A stretch of DNA of 64,000 nt from Christensenella sp. (GTDB lineage Bacteria; Bacillota; Clostridia; Christensenellales; UBA3700). Under the pieces are notes generated by a model. That model was not told the DNA's origin. It did not search any database and saw nothing but the letters and a program-made list of their open reading frames with translations. Location of the stretch: positions 77,804-141,803 of the forward strand of contig JALFUR010000004.1 in assembly GCA_022784465.1 (NCBI GenBank), read 5' to 3'. A program made the position numbers and the translations under genes. Shown here in pieces: positions 10,246 through 20,066 of the stretch. How positions within the stretch are numbered: the stretch's first letter is position 1; each line of letters starts with the position of its first letter.

Positions 10246-10825
10246 TAGTCTTGAGGATATAAGACAAGAATCAAAAGTTGAATTTTTGCCAATTTTATCA
10301 CAAGAGTGTGAAGAGGTTTTAATTGATTTAATAAAAAAGATAAAACCAACTTCAATTTTGGAAATAGGTACTTGTGTTGGATATTCCTCAACTATTATGC
10401 TTTTAAACTCAAATGCAACAATTGATACAATAGAGATAGATGAAGAGCGCTTAGAAAAGGCAAAAGCACTTTGGGAAAATTATAAATTGCAAGATAGAGT
10501 CAATTATTACTTAGGCGATGTAGATAAAATCCTAGATAAAGTAATAGAGAATAAAACATATGACTTAATCTTTATCGATGGACCAAAAAGTAGATATCTT
10601 GATCATTTTATAAAAACACAAAAAGCTATGCATGAAAACACAATTGTACTTTGTGATGATGTACTTTTCTTTGGGCTTGTAAAGGGCGAGGAAAAAGTTG
10701 CTCATAAGCATAGAACAATAGTAAGACATTTAAGAGAGTTTCTAAGTTTTATAGAAGAAAGAGATGATTTAAATGTTGAGATTTTAGATAAAGGAAATGG
10801 CATAGCCATAATAAGGAAGATATGA
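10235..10825 (+). CDS. class I SAM-dependent O-methyltransferase (YrrM/TrmR-like)
   Basis: SAM motif ILEIGTCVGYS and acidic FIDGPK. ATG 10235 is preceded by GAGGAA. Followed by a U32 gene, as in the B. subtilis yrrM-yrrN/O tRNA (m)o5U arrangement. Confidence 0.75.
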   Translation: MKCNSLEDIRQESKVEFLPILSQECEEVLIDLIKKIKPTSILEIGTCVGYSSTIMLLNSNATIDTIEIDEERLEKAKALWENYKLQDRVNYYLGDVDKILDKVIENKTYDLIFIDGPKSRYLDHFIKTQKAMHENTIVLCDDVLFFGLVKGEEKVAHKHRTIVRHLREFLSFIEERDDLNVEILDKGNGIAIIRKI

Positions 10826-12039
10826 TAGAACTATTAGCACCAGCAGGCGATTTAAACAAGTTAAAAACGGCACTTCATTTTGGAGCGGATGCTGTTTATT
10901 GTGGTGGAAATATTTTTTCACTTAGAGCTAATGCAAAGAATTTTACAGAAGATGAACTTATAGAGGCAGTTAAATATACGCATGAAAGAAATAAGAAAAT
11001 TTATGTAGCTGCGAATATTTTTGCGTTTAATAATGATTTTGATGCTTTAGGCAAATATTTTCAATTTTTGCAAAAAATTGGTGTGGATGCAGTACTAGTA
11101 TCTGATCCTGGTGTTTTATGTTGTTTGAAAGAAAATGCTCCTAAAATGGAGATTCATTTATCTACTCAAGCAAATACAACAAATAAATATGCTGCTAAAT
11201 TTTGGGTAGAACAGGGCGTAAAAAGAATTGTTTTAGCTAGAGAAACAAGTATTGAAGACATTAAAGAAATAAGGTCATTTTTGCCAGAGAGTGTTGAGCT
11301 TGAAGCATTTGTACATGGCGCAATGTGTATATCTTATAGTGGTAGATGCTTATTGTCTAATGCTTTAACAGGAAGAAGCTCAAATAGAGGCGATTGTGTT
11401 CAAGCTTGTAGATGGGAATATGAAATTGTAGAGAAAAACAGAAAGGGAAAACCACTTACAATTGGAGAAGAAGAAAGAGGTACATACATTTTAAACAGCA
11501 AGGATTTGAATATGATAGAGCATATAGATAAACTTGCTCAAGCAGGAGTATATTCGTTTAAAGTTGAAGGTAGAATGAAATCTGTTTATTATGTTGCTTC
11601 TGTTATAAATGCATATAGAAAAGCTTTTGAGATTTATAAAAATAATCCAAATGATTATAAGCCAAGTCAAATGCTTATTGATGAATTATATAAAAACAGT
11701 CATAGAGACTATACTACAGGCTTTTTCTTTGGAGAAAAAGATTCTGTATGTTTAGAAAGCGCGCAACCAAAATGCGATTATGAGTTTTCTGCTGAAGTAA
11801 TAGATTATAATAAAGAAAAGAAGATGCTTCTTGTAGAAATGAGAAATAGATTCAAAAAAGGCGATGTGCTTGAGATTTTGTCTAATAATGATAAGTATTG
11901 GAATAAACAAATTCAAATTGATGAAATTTATGATGAAAAAGGCAATTTAATAGATGATGTTAAACTTGTTCAACAAAGAGTTTATATTCCAACAGAATAT
12001 GAGCTAACAGCAAGAGATATTCTTAGAAAGAGGTTATAG
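10822..12039 (+). CDS. peptidase U32 family protein (RNA hydroxylation TrhP/RlhA-like)
   Basis: 405 aa. U32 signature region E.FVHGAMCISYSGRCLLS. 4-nt overlap with the upstream methyltransferase gene. Confidence 0.8.
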   Translation: MIELLAPAGDLNKLKTALHFGADAVYCGGNIFSLRANAKNFTEDELIEAVKYTHERNKKIYVAANIFAFNNDFDALGKYFQFLQKIGVDAVLVSDPGVLCCLKENAPKMEIHLSTQANTTNKYAAKFWVEQGVKRIVLARETSIEDIKEIRSFLPESVELEAFVHGAMCISYSGRCLLSNALTGRSSNRGDCVQACRWEYEIVEKNRKGKPLTIGEEERGTYILNSKDLNMIEHIDKLAQAGVYSFKVEGRMKSVYYVASVINAYRKAFEIYKNNPNDYKPSQMLIDELYKNSHRDYTTGFFFGEKDSVCLESAQPKCDYEFSAEVIDYNKEKKMLLVEMRNRFKKGDVLEILSNNDKYWNKQIQIDEIYDEKGNLIDDVKLVQQRVYIPTEYELTARDILRKRL

Positions 12040-12042
12040 TAT

Positions 12043-13344
12043 ATGAAGAAAAACATAGTAATTTTATATTCAAAAAATCGAATTGATCAAACTGCATTTT
12101 CTTTAAAAGAAGAATTTAGTAAGTTTAAAGATGAGTTTAATTTCATTACTATTCCTGCAAATAAGTTTAGCAATTTCTATGGTTCAAGTATTACAGATGG
12201 ATTTTATAAATTTACTATACGTAATATGCCATGGCTAAATCAATTAATTGGCCTTATTGCAAATAAAATTAACAACAAGAAAAATAAAAACAAAAAGCAA
12301 GAAAATACTGAAGAGACGCAAGCAATAGTAGAGGATAAAGTAGAAGATAAAAAGCCTAAAAACAAAAACAAGGAAGGCTTTATAGAAAGATATAAAATTC
12401 AATTAAGGAAAGTAGATAATATCATATATAGATATGATCCTGAAATTGTTATTTGTACGACTCCAAGAAGCTTGACAAAAGCTTTATGGGCTAAGGAAAG
12501 AACAAATTGCAAGGCATTAATTTGCGCATCAATCACTGATTATTGTGTAGATAGAGGCTTTAATTCGCCATCAGCAGACTATTTTATTGTTCAAAATCAA
12601 GCGGAAAAACAAACTCTTGAAACTTTAGGAATAGATGAAAAAAAGATTTTAGTTGTAGGAACCCCAATTGTAAGTTCTGTAAAGATTGCTTATCCAAAAG
12701 AAGATATACTAAATGAAATTGGTATAGAGAATAAGGAATTGCCAGTAGTATCAATTGTGGGCGGTAGATATGGTTCAGGAAGAATAAAATCTGCATTTAA
12801 AGATATTGCTACATATTCTGGAAGTATAAATATTGTTGTAATGACTAATGGTGCGCAAAATGTTAAGTCATTTATTCAGTCTTATTGTAAAAGCGCTGGC
12901 ATTACATCTAATGTTTATTGCATAGATGCAATTTCTGATATGTCTAAAATTTATTCTATAACAGATTGTTTAGTTACATCTCCAACAGCATCTATTACAT
13001 ATGAGGCATTATCTAGAAAAATACCTTGTGTATTAATGAAGCCATCTAATAACGTTGAGAGTGGAAACTATTCATATTTAACAGTAAACGGCTTTGCACT
13101 ACGTGGCGAAAAGAAGTCTCATATTGTGCCATCTGTTTTAAGTTGTATTAACAAAGAAGGGGAATACTCTTATATGATGGAGAATATTAAAGGAAACTTC
13201 TCACAAGATATTTCTCAAGAATATGTAAATACAATTTTAGAATTGATATCTAAAGATAATATTGAACAAGTAGAGATGAAACTTGATGATGTAGATACAA
13301 CAATAGAAAAACAAACAAGTAAGAAAAAGAAGGAAAGAAAATAA
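12043..13344 (+). CDS. MGDG-synthase/GT28-like glycosyltransferase with Lys-rich insert
   Basis: 433 aa. N- and C-terminal GT-B halves resemble diacylglycerol glycosyltransferases. Low-complexity insert NNKKNKNKKQEN..KKPKNKNK. Confidence 0.6.
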   Translation: MKKNIVILYSKNRIDQTAFSLKEEFSKFKDEFNFITIPANKFSNFYGSSITDGFYKFTIRNMPWLNQLIGLIANKINNKKNKNKKQENTEETQAIVEDKVEDKKPKNKNKEGFIERYKIQLRKVDNIIYRYDPEIVICTTPRSLTKALWAKERTNCKALICASITDYCVDRGFNSPSADYFIVQNQAEKQTLETLGIDEKKILVVGTPIVSSVKIAYPKEDILNEIGIENKELPVVSIVGGRYGSGRIKSAFKDIATYSGSINIVVMTNGAQNVKSFIQSYCKSAGITSNVYCIDAISDMSKIYSITDCLVTSPTASITYEALSRKIPCVLMKPSNNVESGNYSYLTVNGFALRGEKKSHIVPSVLSCINKEGEYSYMMENIKGNFSQDISQEYVNTILELISKDNIEQVEMKLDDVDTTIEKQTSKKKKERK

Positions 13345-13345
13345 A

Positions 13346-13633
13346 ATGATAAAGCATATTGTAATGTATAAATTGAATGATCCAACAATAGAAAACAAAA
13401 AAGCTTTGCAAGACAAGTTTTTGTCAATGAAAGGTAAAATCGATGTTTTATTGGATATAGAATCAGGAGTAGATGTATTGTTATCTCAAAGAAGTTATGA
13501 TGTAGTATTAATCTGCACTTTTAATTCTTTAGAAGATATGACAATTTATAAAAATAGTGAAGTTCATATTCCTGTTATGAATTATGTTCATAGCGTAGTA
13601 AAAGAGTCTCATTCGGTAGATTTTGAATTTTAA
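13346..13633 (+). CDS. Dabb (stress-responsive alpha/beta barrel) family protein
   Basis: 95 aa. MIKHIVMYKL start and a size typical of Dabb proteins. Confidence 0.65.
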   Translation: MIKHIVMYKLNDPTIENKKALQDKFLSMKGKIDVLLDIESGVDVLLSQRSYDVVLICTFNSLEDMTIYKNSEVHIPVMNYVHSVVKESHSVDFEF

Positions 13634-13635
13634 TT

Positions 13636-14928
13636 ATGGCAATTGTAATAGGCGTAGATAAAGGTTCAATAGCAGAAGAATTAGGTATAGAAGTTGGCGA
13701 TGAGTTACTTGGATTTAATGGTGAGCCAATAGAGGATATACTTGATTATTTTTATTACGAAGGTCAAGATTTTTTTGTTATGAACATGAAGGCGAAGCAA
13801 GGAGATATTGTTGATTTAGAAATAGAAAAAGATGTCGACGAACAAATTGGCTTAACTTTAGATGATTCTGTTCAACTTAATCCGAAAAGATGTAAAAATA
13901 AATGTCTATTCTGCTTTGTCGATCAATGCCCAAAAGGTATGAGAGAAACGCTTTATGTTAAGGATGATGATTATAGATTAAGCTTTGTTTCTGGAAATTA
14001 TGTAACATTTACAAATATGACAGATCACGATTTTGAGAGAATTGTTAAACTACATTTATCTCCACTTTATGTATCTGTGCATGCTTACGATAAAGATGTG
14101 AAAACTAAACTTATTTCTAATCCTGAAGGGGCGAATTTATTTGATAGACTACGCTATTTAGCTGAAAATAATATTGAAATGCACACTCAAATAGTAATGT
14201 GCAAAAACATAAACGATAAAGATGTGCTTTTTGAGACTTTGTCCCAATTGTATAAATTGCATCCACAAATAAAAAGTGTTGCTGTAGTTCCTGTAGGCCT
14301 TACTTCATGTAGAGACAAGCTATATAAATTAGAGCCTATAGATAAAGAATGCGCTATACAAACAATTAAACTGGTTGAAGATTTTAATGAAAAAGTTGGC
14401 GGAGATTTTTGTTGGTGTTCTGACGAATTTTATATAAAAGCTGGAATAATTGTGCCAGAAAACAATTATTATGGGCAATATAGTCAAATAGAAAATGGCG
14501 TGGGATTATGCAGAACATTTATTGAAGAAGTAAACTATGGACTAAGCAAAATAAAAAAGTGTGACACTCCTATCCAAATAGGAGTAGTTACAGGACAGTC
14601 TTTTAAAGGATATCTACATGATGCATTAGATAAAATAAAGAAAGAAAAGTTTATAAACTTAGACTACAAGATATATGATATTATTAACCATTTCTTTGGA
14701 GAGAGTATTACTGTGTCTGGACTAATAACAGCACAAGATATCATTGATCAAGTGAAAAATCCTGTAAAGCATATTTTAATCCCATCTAATATGCTTAGAG
14801 AATTTACAGATACATTTTTAGATGGAATGAGAGTTGTAGAACTTGAAGAGAAACTTAATTCAAAGATTCATGTTGTGCAAAATGGTGAAGATCTTGTACA
14901 GATTATAGGAGAATTAGCAAATGAGTAA
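13636..14928 (+). CDS. PDZ + DUF512 radical-SAM-like protein
   Basis: 430 aa. N-terminal PDZ-like segment, then the C.NKCLFCF cluster. Conserved Clostridial position immediately upstream of der. Confidence 0.7.
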   Translation: MAIVIGVDKGSIAEELGIEVGDELLGFNGEPIEDILDYFYYEGQDFFVMNMKAKQGDIVDLEIEKDVDEQIGLTLDDSVQLNPKRCKNKCLFCFVDQCPKGMRETLYVKDDDYRLSFVSGNYVTFTNMTDHDFERIVKLHLSPLYVSVHAYDKDVKTKLISNPEGANLFDRLRYLAENNIEMHTQIVMCKNINDKDVLFETLSQLYKLHPQIKSVAVVPVGLTSCRDKLYKLEPIDKECAIQTIKLVEDFNEKVGGDFCWCSDEFYIKAGIIVPENNYYGQYSQIENGVGLCRTFIEEVNYGLSKIKKCDTPIQIGVVTGQSFKGYLHDALDKIKKEKFINLDYKIYDIINHFFGESITVSGLITAQDIIDQVKNPVKHILIPSNMLREFTDTFLDGMRVVELEEKLNSKIHVVQNGEDLVQIIGELANE

Positions 14929-16249
14929 AATACCTTTGATTGCAATAATAGGAAGACCAAATGTAGGTAAAAGTACACTTTTTAACAAAATTATTGGCAA
15001 AAGGGTATCTATTGTTGAAGATTTTGAGGGAGTAACAAGAGATAGAATCTACGCTGACGGGGAGTGGTGTGGACATGCTTTTACTTTAATTGACACAGGC
15101 GGATTAGATGTAAAGAGCGAAGACAATATGTGGGCACACATAAGAGCACAAGCTGAAATTGCCATAGATTTAGCAGATGCAATAATAATGGTTGTAGATG
15201 GAAGAAATGGCATTACTTCAAACGATATAGAAGTAGCAGATTTATTGAGAAAATCTAAAAAACATATTGTTATAGCTGCAAACAAAATAGATAATAACGA
15301 AATCGAAAATATATACGATTTTTACGATTTAGCATTAGGAGAGGTTATACCAGTTTCTTCTATTCATGGAGTAGGAGTTGGAGATTTACTTGATGCTGTT
15401 TTAGAGCCAATTGAAAAGGTTTCAATTGAAGAAAAAGACGATACATTAAATATAGCTATTGTTGGAAAACCAAATGCGGGAAAAAGTTCTTTAACAAACA
15501 AGATTTTAGGATACAATAGAGTTATTGTTTCCTCTCTTGCTGGAACAACTCGTGATTCAATAGACACACCTTTTGAGTTTGAAGGTAGAAAATGCAAGAT
15601 TATTGATACAGCAGGTATAAGAAAAAAATCTAGTGTTGACGAAGGTATTGAACAATATTCAGTTTTAAGATCTTTAGCTGCAATAAGAGAAGCAGATATT
15701 GTATTAATCGTAATAGATTCGTCAGAGGGAATAACAGAACAAGATGTAAAGATTTGCGGATATGTTCATGAACAAGGAAAACCAAGCGTTATAGTAATGA
15801 ACAAATGGGATGCTGTTGAAAAAGATACCTATACAGTCAATAAATACAATGAAAAATTAGCGCAAGAATTAAACTTTATGGACTACTATGTTCCAGTATA
15901 TGTGTCTGCAAAGACAGGTCAAAGATTGGACAAGATTTTATATACTGCATTTGAAGTGTATGATGAAGCGTCTAAGAGAATTTCTACTAGTGTATTAAAC
16001 GATATAATTGGAGATGCAATTGTTGCTGTTGAACCACCAGCAACACATGGTAGAAGATTAAGAGTTTATTACACAATTCAAGCGCAAACAAATCCTCCAG
16101 TATTTATTATGTTTGTAAACGATTCTTCACTTTTACATTTTTCATATCATAGATATTTGGAAAATGCTTTAAGAAAAGCGTTTGTTTTCAAGGGAACACC
16201 AATAAAATTAATAGCAAGAGTAAAAACTGACGAAGAAAATAACGATTAA
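14921..16249 (+). CDS. der: ribosome-biogenesis GTPase Der (EngA)
   Basis: Two tandem GTPase domains (GRPNVGKST and GKPNAGKSS P-loops; DTGG and DTAG) plus a KH-like C-terminus. Confidence 0.93.
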   Translation: MSKIPLIAIIGRPNVGKSTLFNKIIGKRVSIVEDFEGVTRDRIYADGEWCGHAFTLIDTGGLDVKSEDNMWAHIRAQAEIAIDLADAIIMVVDGRNGITSNDIEVADLLRKSKKHIVIAANKIDNNEIENIYDFYDLALGEVIPVSSIHGVGVGDLLDAVLEPIEKVSIEEKDDTLNIAIVGKPNAGKSSLTNKILGYNRVIVSSLAGTTRDSIDTPFEFEGRKCKIIDTAGIRKKSSVDEGIEQYSVLRSLAAIREADIVLIVIDSSEGITEQDVKICGYVHEQGKPSVIVMNKWDAVEKDTYTVNKYNEKLAQELNFMDYYVPVYVSAKTGQRLDKILYTAFEVYDEASKRISTSVLNDIIGDAIVAVEPPATHGRRLRVYYTIQAQTNPPVFIMFVNDSSLLHFSYHRYLENALRKAFVFKGTPIKLIARVKTDEENND

Positions 16250-16311
16250 ACTTGAATAATGACTAAAAATTACATATAATTTTATATAATTATACTAAAT
16301 TAGAGGCAACG

Positions 16312-17577
16312 ATGAATTATTTAGAACTAAATAAAGAAAAAATTGAACAATTATTAGATGAAGTAAACATGCAATGTAATGACGTAAAAGCTCAAAACTA
16401 CAAAGTAGATATTTCACGTGGAAAACCTTGTAATGAGCAATTAGATATTGCAATGGGAATGCTTAGCGATCCTGCTTTATTGCAAAATATGCCTAAGAAT
16501 TATAGAAACTATGGAATGCTTGATGGAATACCAGAAATGAAGCAAATATTTGCTGATGTTCTTGGTGTTAAACCTTCTAATATTATTGTTGGCGGAAATA
16601 GTTCATTAAACATGATGTACGATGCAATTCAAAGAGCGCTTCAATTTGGTGTTTGCGGAAGTACACCTTGGAACCAAATGAAAGCTAAATTTATTTGTTT
16701 AGTTCCTGGTTATGATAGACATTTTGCAATTTGTGAACACTTTGGTATAGAGATGATTTCAGTTCCATTAAATGAAGATGGACCTGCGATGGATATAGTT
16801 GAAAGATTAGTTGAAAACGACGATACCATAAAGGGTATTTGGTGCGTTCCAAAATATTCAAATCCAACGGGATGCACATATTCTCAAGAAGCTGTTGAGC
16901 GTTTAGCTAAAATGCATACAAAAGCAAAAGATTTCAGAATCTTTTGGGATAATGCCTATGCTGTACATGATTTAATGGATCAAACAGATAAGCTTGCAAA
17001 CATTATGCAAATTGCTGAAAAATATGGAAATGAAGATAGAATATATGAGTTTACTTCTACTTCAAAAATCACATTTGCAGGTGCTGGCGTCGCGTGTATG
17101 GCGTGTAGCGAAAATAATGTTAAAGATGTTATTTCTCACATGTCTTTCCAAACAATTGGATATAACAAAATAGAACAATATATTCATTCGCAATATTTAA
17201 AGAATGTAGAAAATATTAATGAGATTATGAAAAAGCAAAAAGCTATAATTAAACCAAAGTTTGATAAGATTTTATCTGCTTTAGATGAGACTTTTGCTCA
17301 AGATTGTAATATAGCTAGATGGACTAAACCAAATGGAGGATATTTCATTACTTTATATGTTTTAAATGGTTGTGCAAAAAGAGTATATGAAGTTTGTAAA
17401 GATTTAGGCTTAACTTTAACAAAAGCTGGAGCTCCATTCCCATATGGCGTGGATGATGACGATTCTGTGCTTAGAATTGCACCTACATTTACATCTAATG
17501 AAGATTTAGAAATAGCATGCAAGATTTTGGTTTTGGCAGTACAAAAAGCTTGTTTAGAAAAGTTGTTGGAGAGATAA
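16312..17577 (+). CDS. PLP-dependent aminotransferase (class I/II fold)
   Basis: 421 aa. Pattern P.YSNPTG... and STSK (probable PLP lysine). Substrate not assignable. Confidence 0.7.
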   Translation: MNYLELNKEKIEQLLDEVNMQCNDVKAQNYKVDISRGKPCNEQLDIAMGMLSDPALLQNMPKNYRNYGMLDGIPEMKQIFADVLGVKPSNIIVGGNSSLNMMYDAIQRALQFGVCGSTPWNQMKAKFICLVPGYDRHFAICEHFGIEMISVPLNEDGPAMDIVERLVENDDTIKGIWCVPKYSNPTGCTYSQEAVERLAKMHTKAKDFRIFWDNAYAVHDLMDQTDKLANIMQIAEKYGNEDRIYEFTSTSKITFAGAGVACMACSENNVKDVISHMSFQTIGYNKIEQYIHSQYLKNVENINEIMKKQKAIIKPKFDKILSALDETFAQDCNIARWTKPNGGYFITLYVLNGCAKRVYEVCKDLGLTLTKAGAPFPYGVDDDDSVLRIAPTFTSNEDLEIACKILVLAVQKACLEKLLER

Positions 17578-17578
17578 G

Positions 17579-18121
17579 ATGAAATTATTTATTGCTTCAG
17601 ATATTCATGGATCAAAATATTACGCTGAAAAGTTAAAAGAGCGCTTTATTCAAGAAGGAGCCGATATGATGGCGCTACTTGGAGATATATATTATCATGG
17701 ACCAAGAAACCCATTGCCAAAAGATTATGCTCCTATGGAAGTAGCAAAGATTTTAAATGGAATGAAAGATAAATTAATTGTTGTAAAAGGAAATTGTGAT
17801 AGCGAAGTTGATCAAATGATATCTGAATTTTCTTTTACTGAAAGCGCTAAGATTTTAGTAGACAATGTTGTTGTAACATTAACTCATGGTCATAAATTCA
17901 ATAAAGACATTATGCCTGAATTTCCAGGAGATGTTTTGGCTTATGGGCATTTCCATGTCAATTTTATGGAAAGGGTAGGAAACACATTAGTTGTAAATCC
18001 TGGCTCTGTATCTCTTCCAAAAGAAAATGCTGTGCACGGATATATTATTATTGAAAACAATTTTGTTTCTCAATTTGATATAGAAGGAAATCTAATAGAA
18101 AAACAAAAAATCAAGGAGTAG
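17579..18121 (+). CDS. metallophosphoesterase (YfcE/MJ0936 family phosphodiesterase)
   Basis: 180 aa. Motifs SDIHG, GD..YHGPRN, GNCD, THGH, GHFH. Confidence 0.8.
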   Translation: MKLFIASDIHGSKYYAEKLKERFIQEGADMMALLGDIYYHGPRNPLPKDYAPMEVAKILNGMKDKLIVVKGNCDSEVDQMISEFSFTESAKILVDNVVVTLTHGHKFNKDIMPEFPGDVLAYGHFHVNFMERVGNTLVVNPGSVSLPKENAVHGYIIIENNFVSQFDIEGNLIEKQKIKE

Positions 18122-18126
18122 GAACA

Positions 18127-18429
18127 ATGTCAAAGAAAAATGAAACAGTAACAAAAAATTCTTTATTAAATTTAGCTTCTGTAATAGCTATTATTGTATC
18201 TATCGTTATTTGGATACTATTGATTATCAATCGTTTTGCTGGTTGGGAATTTATTTCAACAATTGCTGGAATATTAACAAAGGTTAAAGATATTTGTTTA
18301 GCTTTTGTTGTATTAGTATGTGCATTTTCTTATGCTTCAGGTATGAAAAAAGGCGGATGGAAAACTACAGTTTATGTATTTTGTGCTGTATTTTTAGTAC
18401 TTGCAATCGTAGGAGTAGTTCTTTTATAA
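18127..18429 (+). CDS. small membrane protein
   Basis: 100 aa with three hydrophobic helices. Closely follows the upstream gene. Confidence 0.5.
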   Translation: MSKKNETVTKNSLLNLASVIAIIVSIVIWILLIINRFAGWEFISTIAGILTKVKDICLAFVVLVCAFSYASGMKKGGWKTTVYVFCAVFLVLAIVGVVLL

Positions 18430-18472
18430 AATTGCCTATATAGCAAGACTACAAAATATAAAATAAGATTTT

Positions 18473-18510
18473 GAGCAATCTAAAGTCACACTTTATTTTG
18501 CTCATTTTTT
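18473..18510 (+). terminator. rho-independent terminator
   Basis: gagcaa..taaagt cac acttta..ttgctc composite stem followed by TTTTTT. Confidence 0.65.
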
Positions 18511-18702
18511 ATTCATATGAAAAAAATATTGCTATAATAAGCTAAAAATAATGTGCTAAAAAAGCTTTAAAATTCATTTACGTAATTCAATGTGATTGAT
18601 GTGATTGTGTGTTGAGACGAACTTTGTTGCATAAAAATGTATTGATTCACGCACTTGTGTGTAATATAATATAATAAATAATACAAAGGAAAAGGTGGGT
18701 TT

Positions 18703-19956
18703 ATGAATAAAAAGATAGTTATAACGATCATTACATGTTTAGCTATTTGTTTTGTTTGTGCTTTTTCTGCATGCTCAAATGTTAATTCGTTGCAGTCGCA
18801 AGAAACTCCTGGTTTAGGTGTTGTTGCACCGCAACAAAATAAGGAAGAAGCAGTTGAAAGTGAAACACAAACTGATATTCAAGAAGAAACACAAAAAGTT
18901 GAATCTAATACTGAATCTGAAACTAGTGTAGAATCTGATCCTGAAATTCCAGCAGACGATATCGTATTTGTTGAAGAAGAAACAGTTGCTGTTGGAGAAA
19001 CACAATATGTTGATTATGATGGATTTACTTTATTATTAGAAAATGTTGGAGATGGTTATTCTATTATAAAAGTTGAGAGTGATGCTAAATCAATTAGAAT
19101 TCCTAGCACTGGAACAAATATTGTTTCAATTGCAGACAGAGCTTTTAGAGGATTAACAAATCTAGAAGAATTAATTATTGAATGTAATACAATTACAAGT
19201 GTTGGAACATATGCATTTTACAATACACCAAATCTTGGTAAAGTAACCTTTCCTTCATCAATTACTAATTTTGGTGAACTATCATTCTACGGTTCAAAAT
19301 ATTTAAATGTCGCAAGAGCTAATGATGACAACAATTTGCTTGTAATTAATGATGTAATTGTTGATGGAAGAGCAGCTAAAGGCGATTTAGTTATACCTTC
19401 TAATATTAAATCAATTGCACCAAAGGCTTTCCATAATGCAACAGAATTAACAAGTGTATCTTTTGAGGGAAGCGGTGTAACACGTATTCCTTATCAAGCA
19501 TTCTATGGATGTAAAAAATTAACTAGTGTTAATTTGAGTGGAATTAAAAATATTGCAGATTATGCTTTTACAAGTTGTACATCTCTAGAATCAATAACAG
19601 GAATATCTGTAAGTTTATCTAATATTGGGGCATGTGCATTTAAAAATGATGCTTTATTAACAAAAATTGATTTATCTGCTAGTAATGTATCCTTCATTGT
19701 TGGAGAATCAGCTTTTGAAAATTGCTCAGGAATAACAGAAGTAGTTTTCCCATTAGCAATTAACGTAATTGAAAAGAATGCATTTAAGAATTGTACAGCT
19801 TTAGCAACAATTGAATTTAATAGTGCAACTAATACACTTACTACTATTGGAGAATGGGCATTCTATGGAGATTACAAACTAGTAACAATTAAGAATCAAA
19901 GTGTAATGCCAACGCCTGCTTTAAATGCATTTGAAGGAACTCAAATAGTTTTATAA
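18703..19956 (+). CDS. lipoprotein with BspA-type leucine-rich repeats
   Basis: Signal peptide with lipobox FSAC. Acidic ET-rich linker. Repeats of the form I.IP..V..IG..AF..C..L..V. Confidence 0.75.
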   Translation: MNKKIVITIITCLAICFVCAFSACSNVNSLQSQETPGLGVVAPQQNKEEAVESETQTDIQEETQKVESNTESETSVESDPEIPADDIVFVEEETVAVGETQYVDYDGFTLLLENVGDGYSIIKVESDAKSIRIPSTGTNIVSIADRAFRGLTNLEELIIECNTITSVGTYAFYNTPNLGKVTFPSSITNFGELSFYGSKYLNVARANDDNNLLVINDVIVDGRAAKGDLVIPSNIKSIAPKAFHNATELTSVSFEGSGVTRIPYQAFYGCKKLTSVNLSGIKNIADYAFTSCTSLESITGISVSLSNIGACAFKNDALLTKIDLSASNVSFIVGESAFENCSGITEVVFPLAINVIEKNAFKNCTALATIEFNSATNTLTTIGEWAFYGDYKLVTIKNQSVMPTPALNAFEGTQIVL

Positions 19957-19977
19957 TTTTTAAAAATTAATAATTAT

Positions 19978-20018
19978 ATAGATGCTTTTGATTTTAAATT
20001 AAAGGCATCTATTTTTTT
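19978..20018 (+). terminator. rho-independent terminator
   Basis: atagatgc / gcatctat stem with extension, followed by TTTTTTT. Confidence 0.7.
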
Positions 20019-20020
20019 GT

Positions 20021-20050
20021 AATATATTAAAAAGTTTTTGTGTATACATT
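20021..20050 (+). promoter_or_regulatory. putative sigma-E-type (mother-cell) promoter of spoIVA
   Basis: aATATATT (-35, ending 20028), 14-nt spacer, tATACATT (20043-20050), compared with the B. subtilis SigE consensus kmATATT-14-CATACAhT. spoIVA is SigE-dependent in B. subtilis. Confidence 0.45.
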
Positions 20051-20066
20051 AATAAACGGAGGTGTT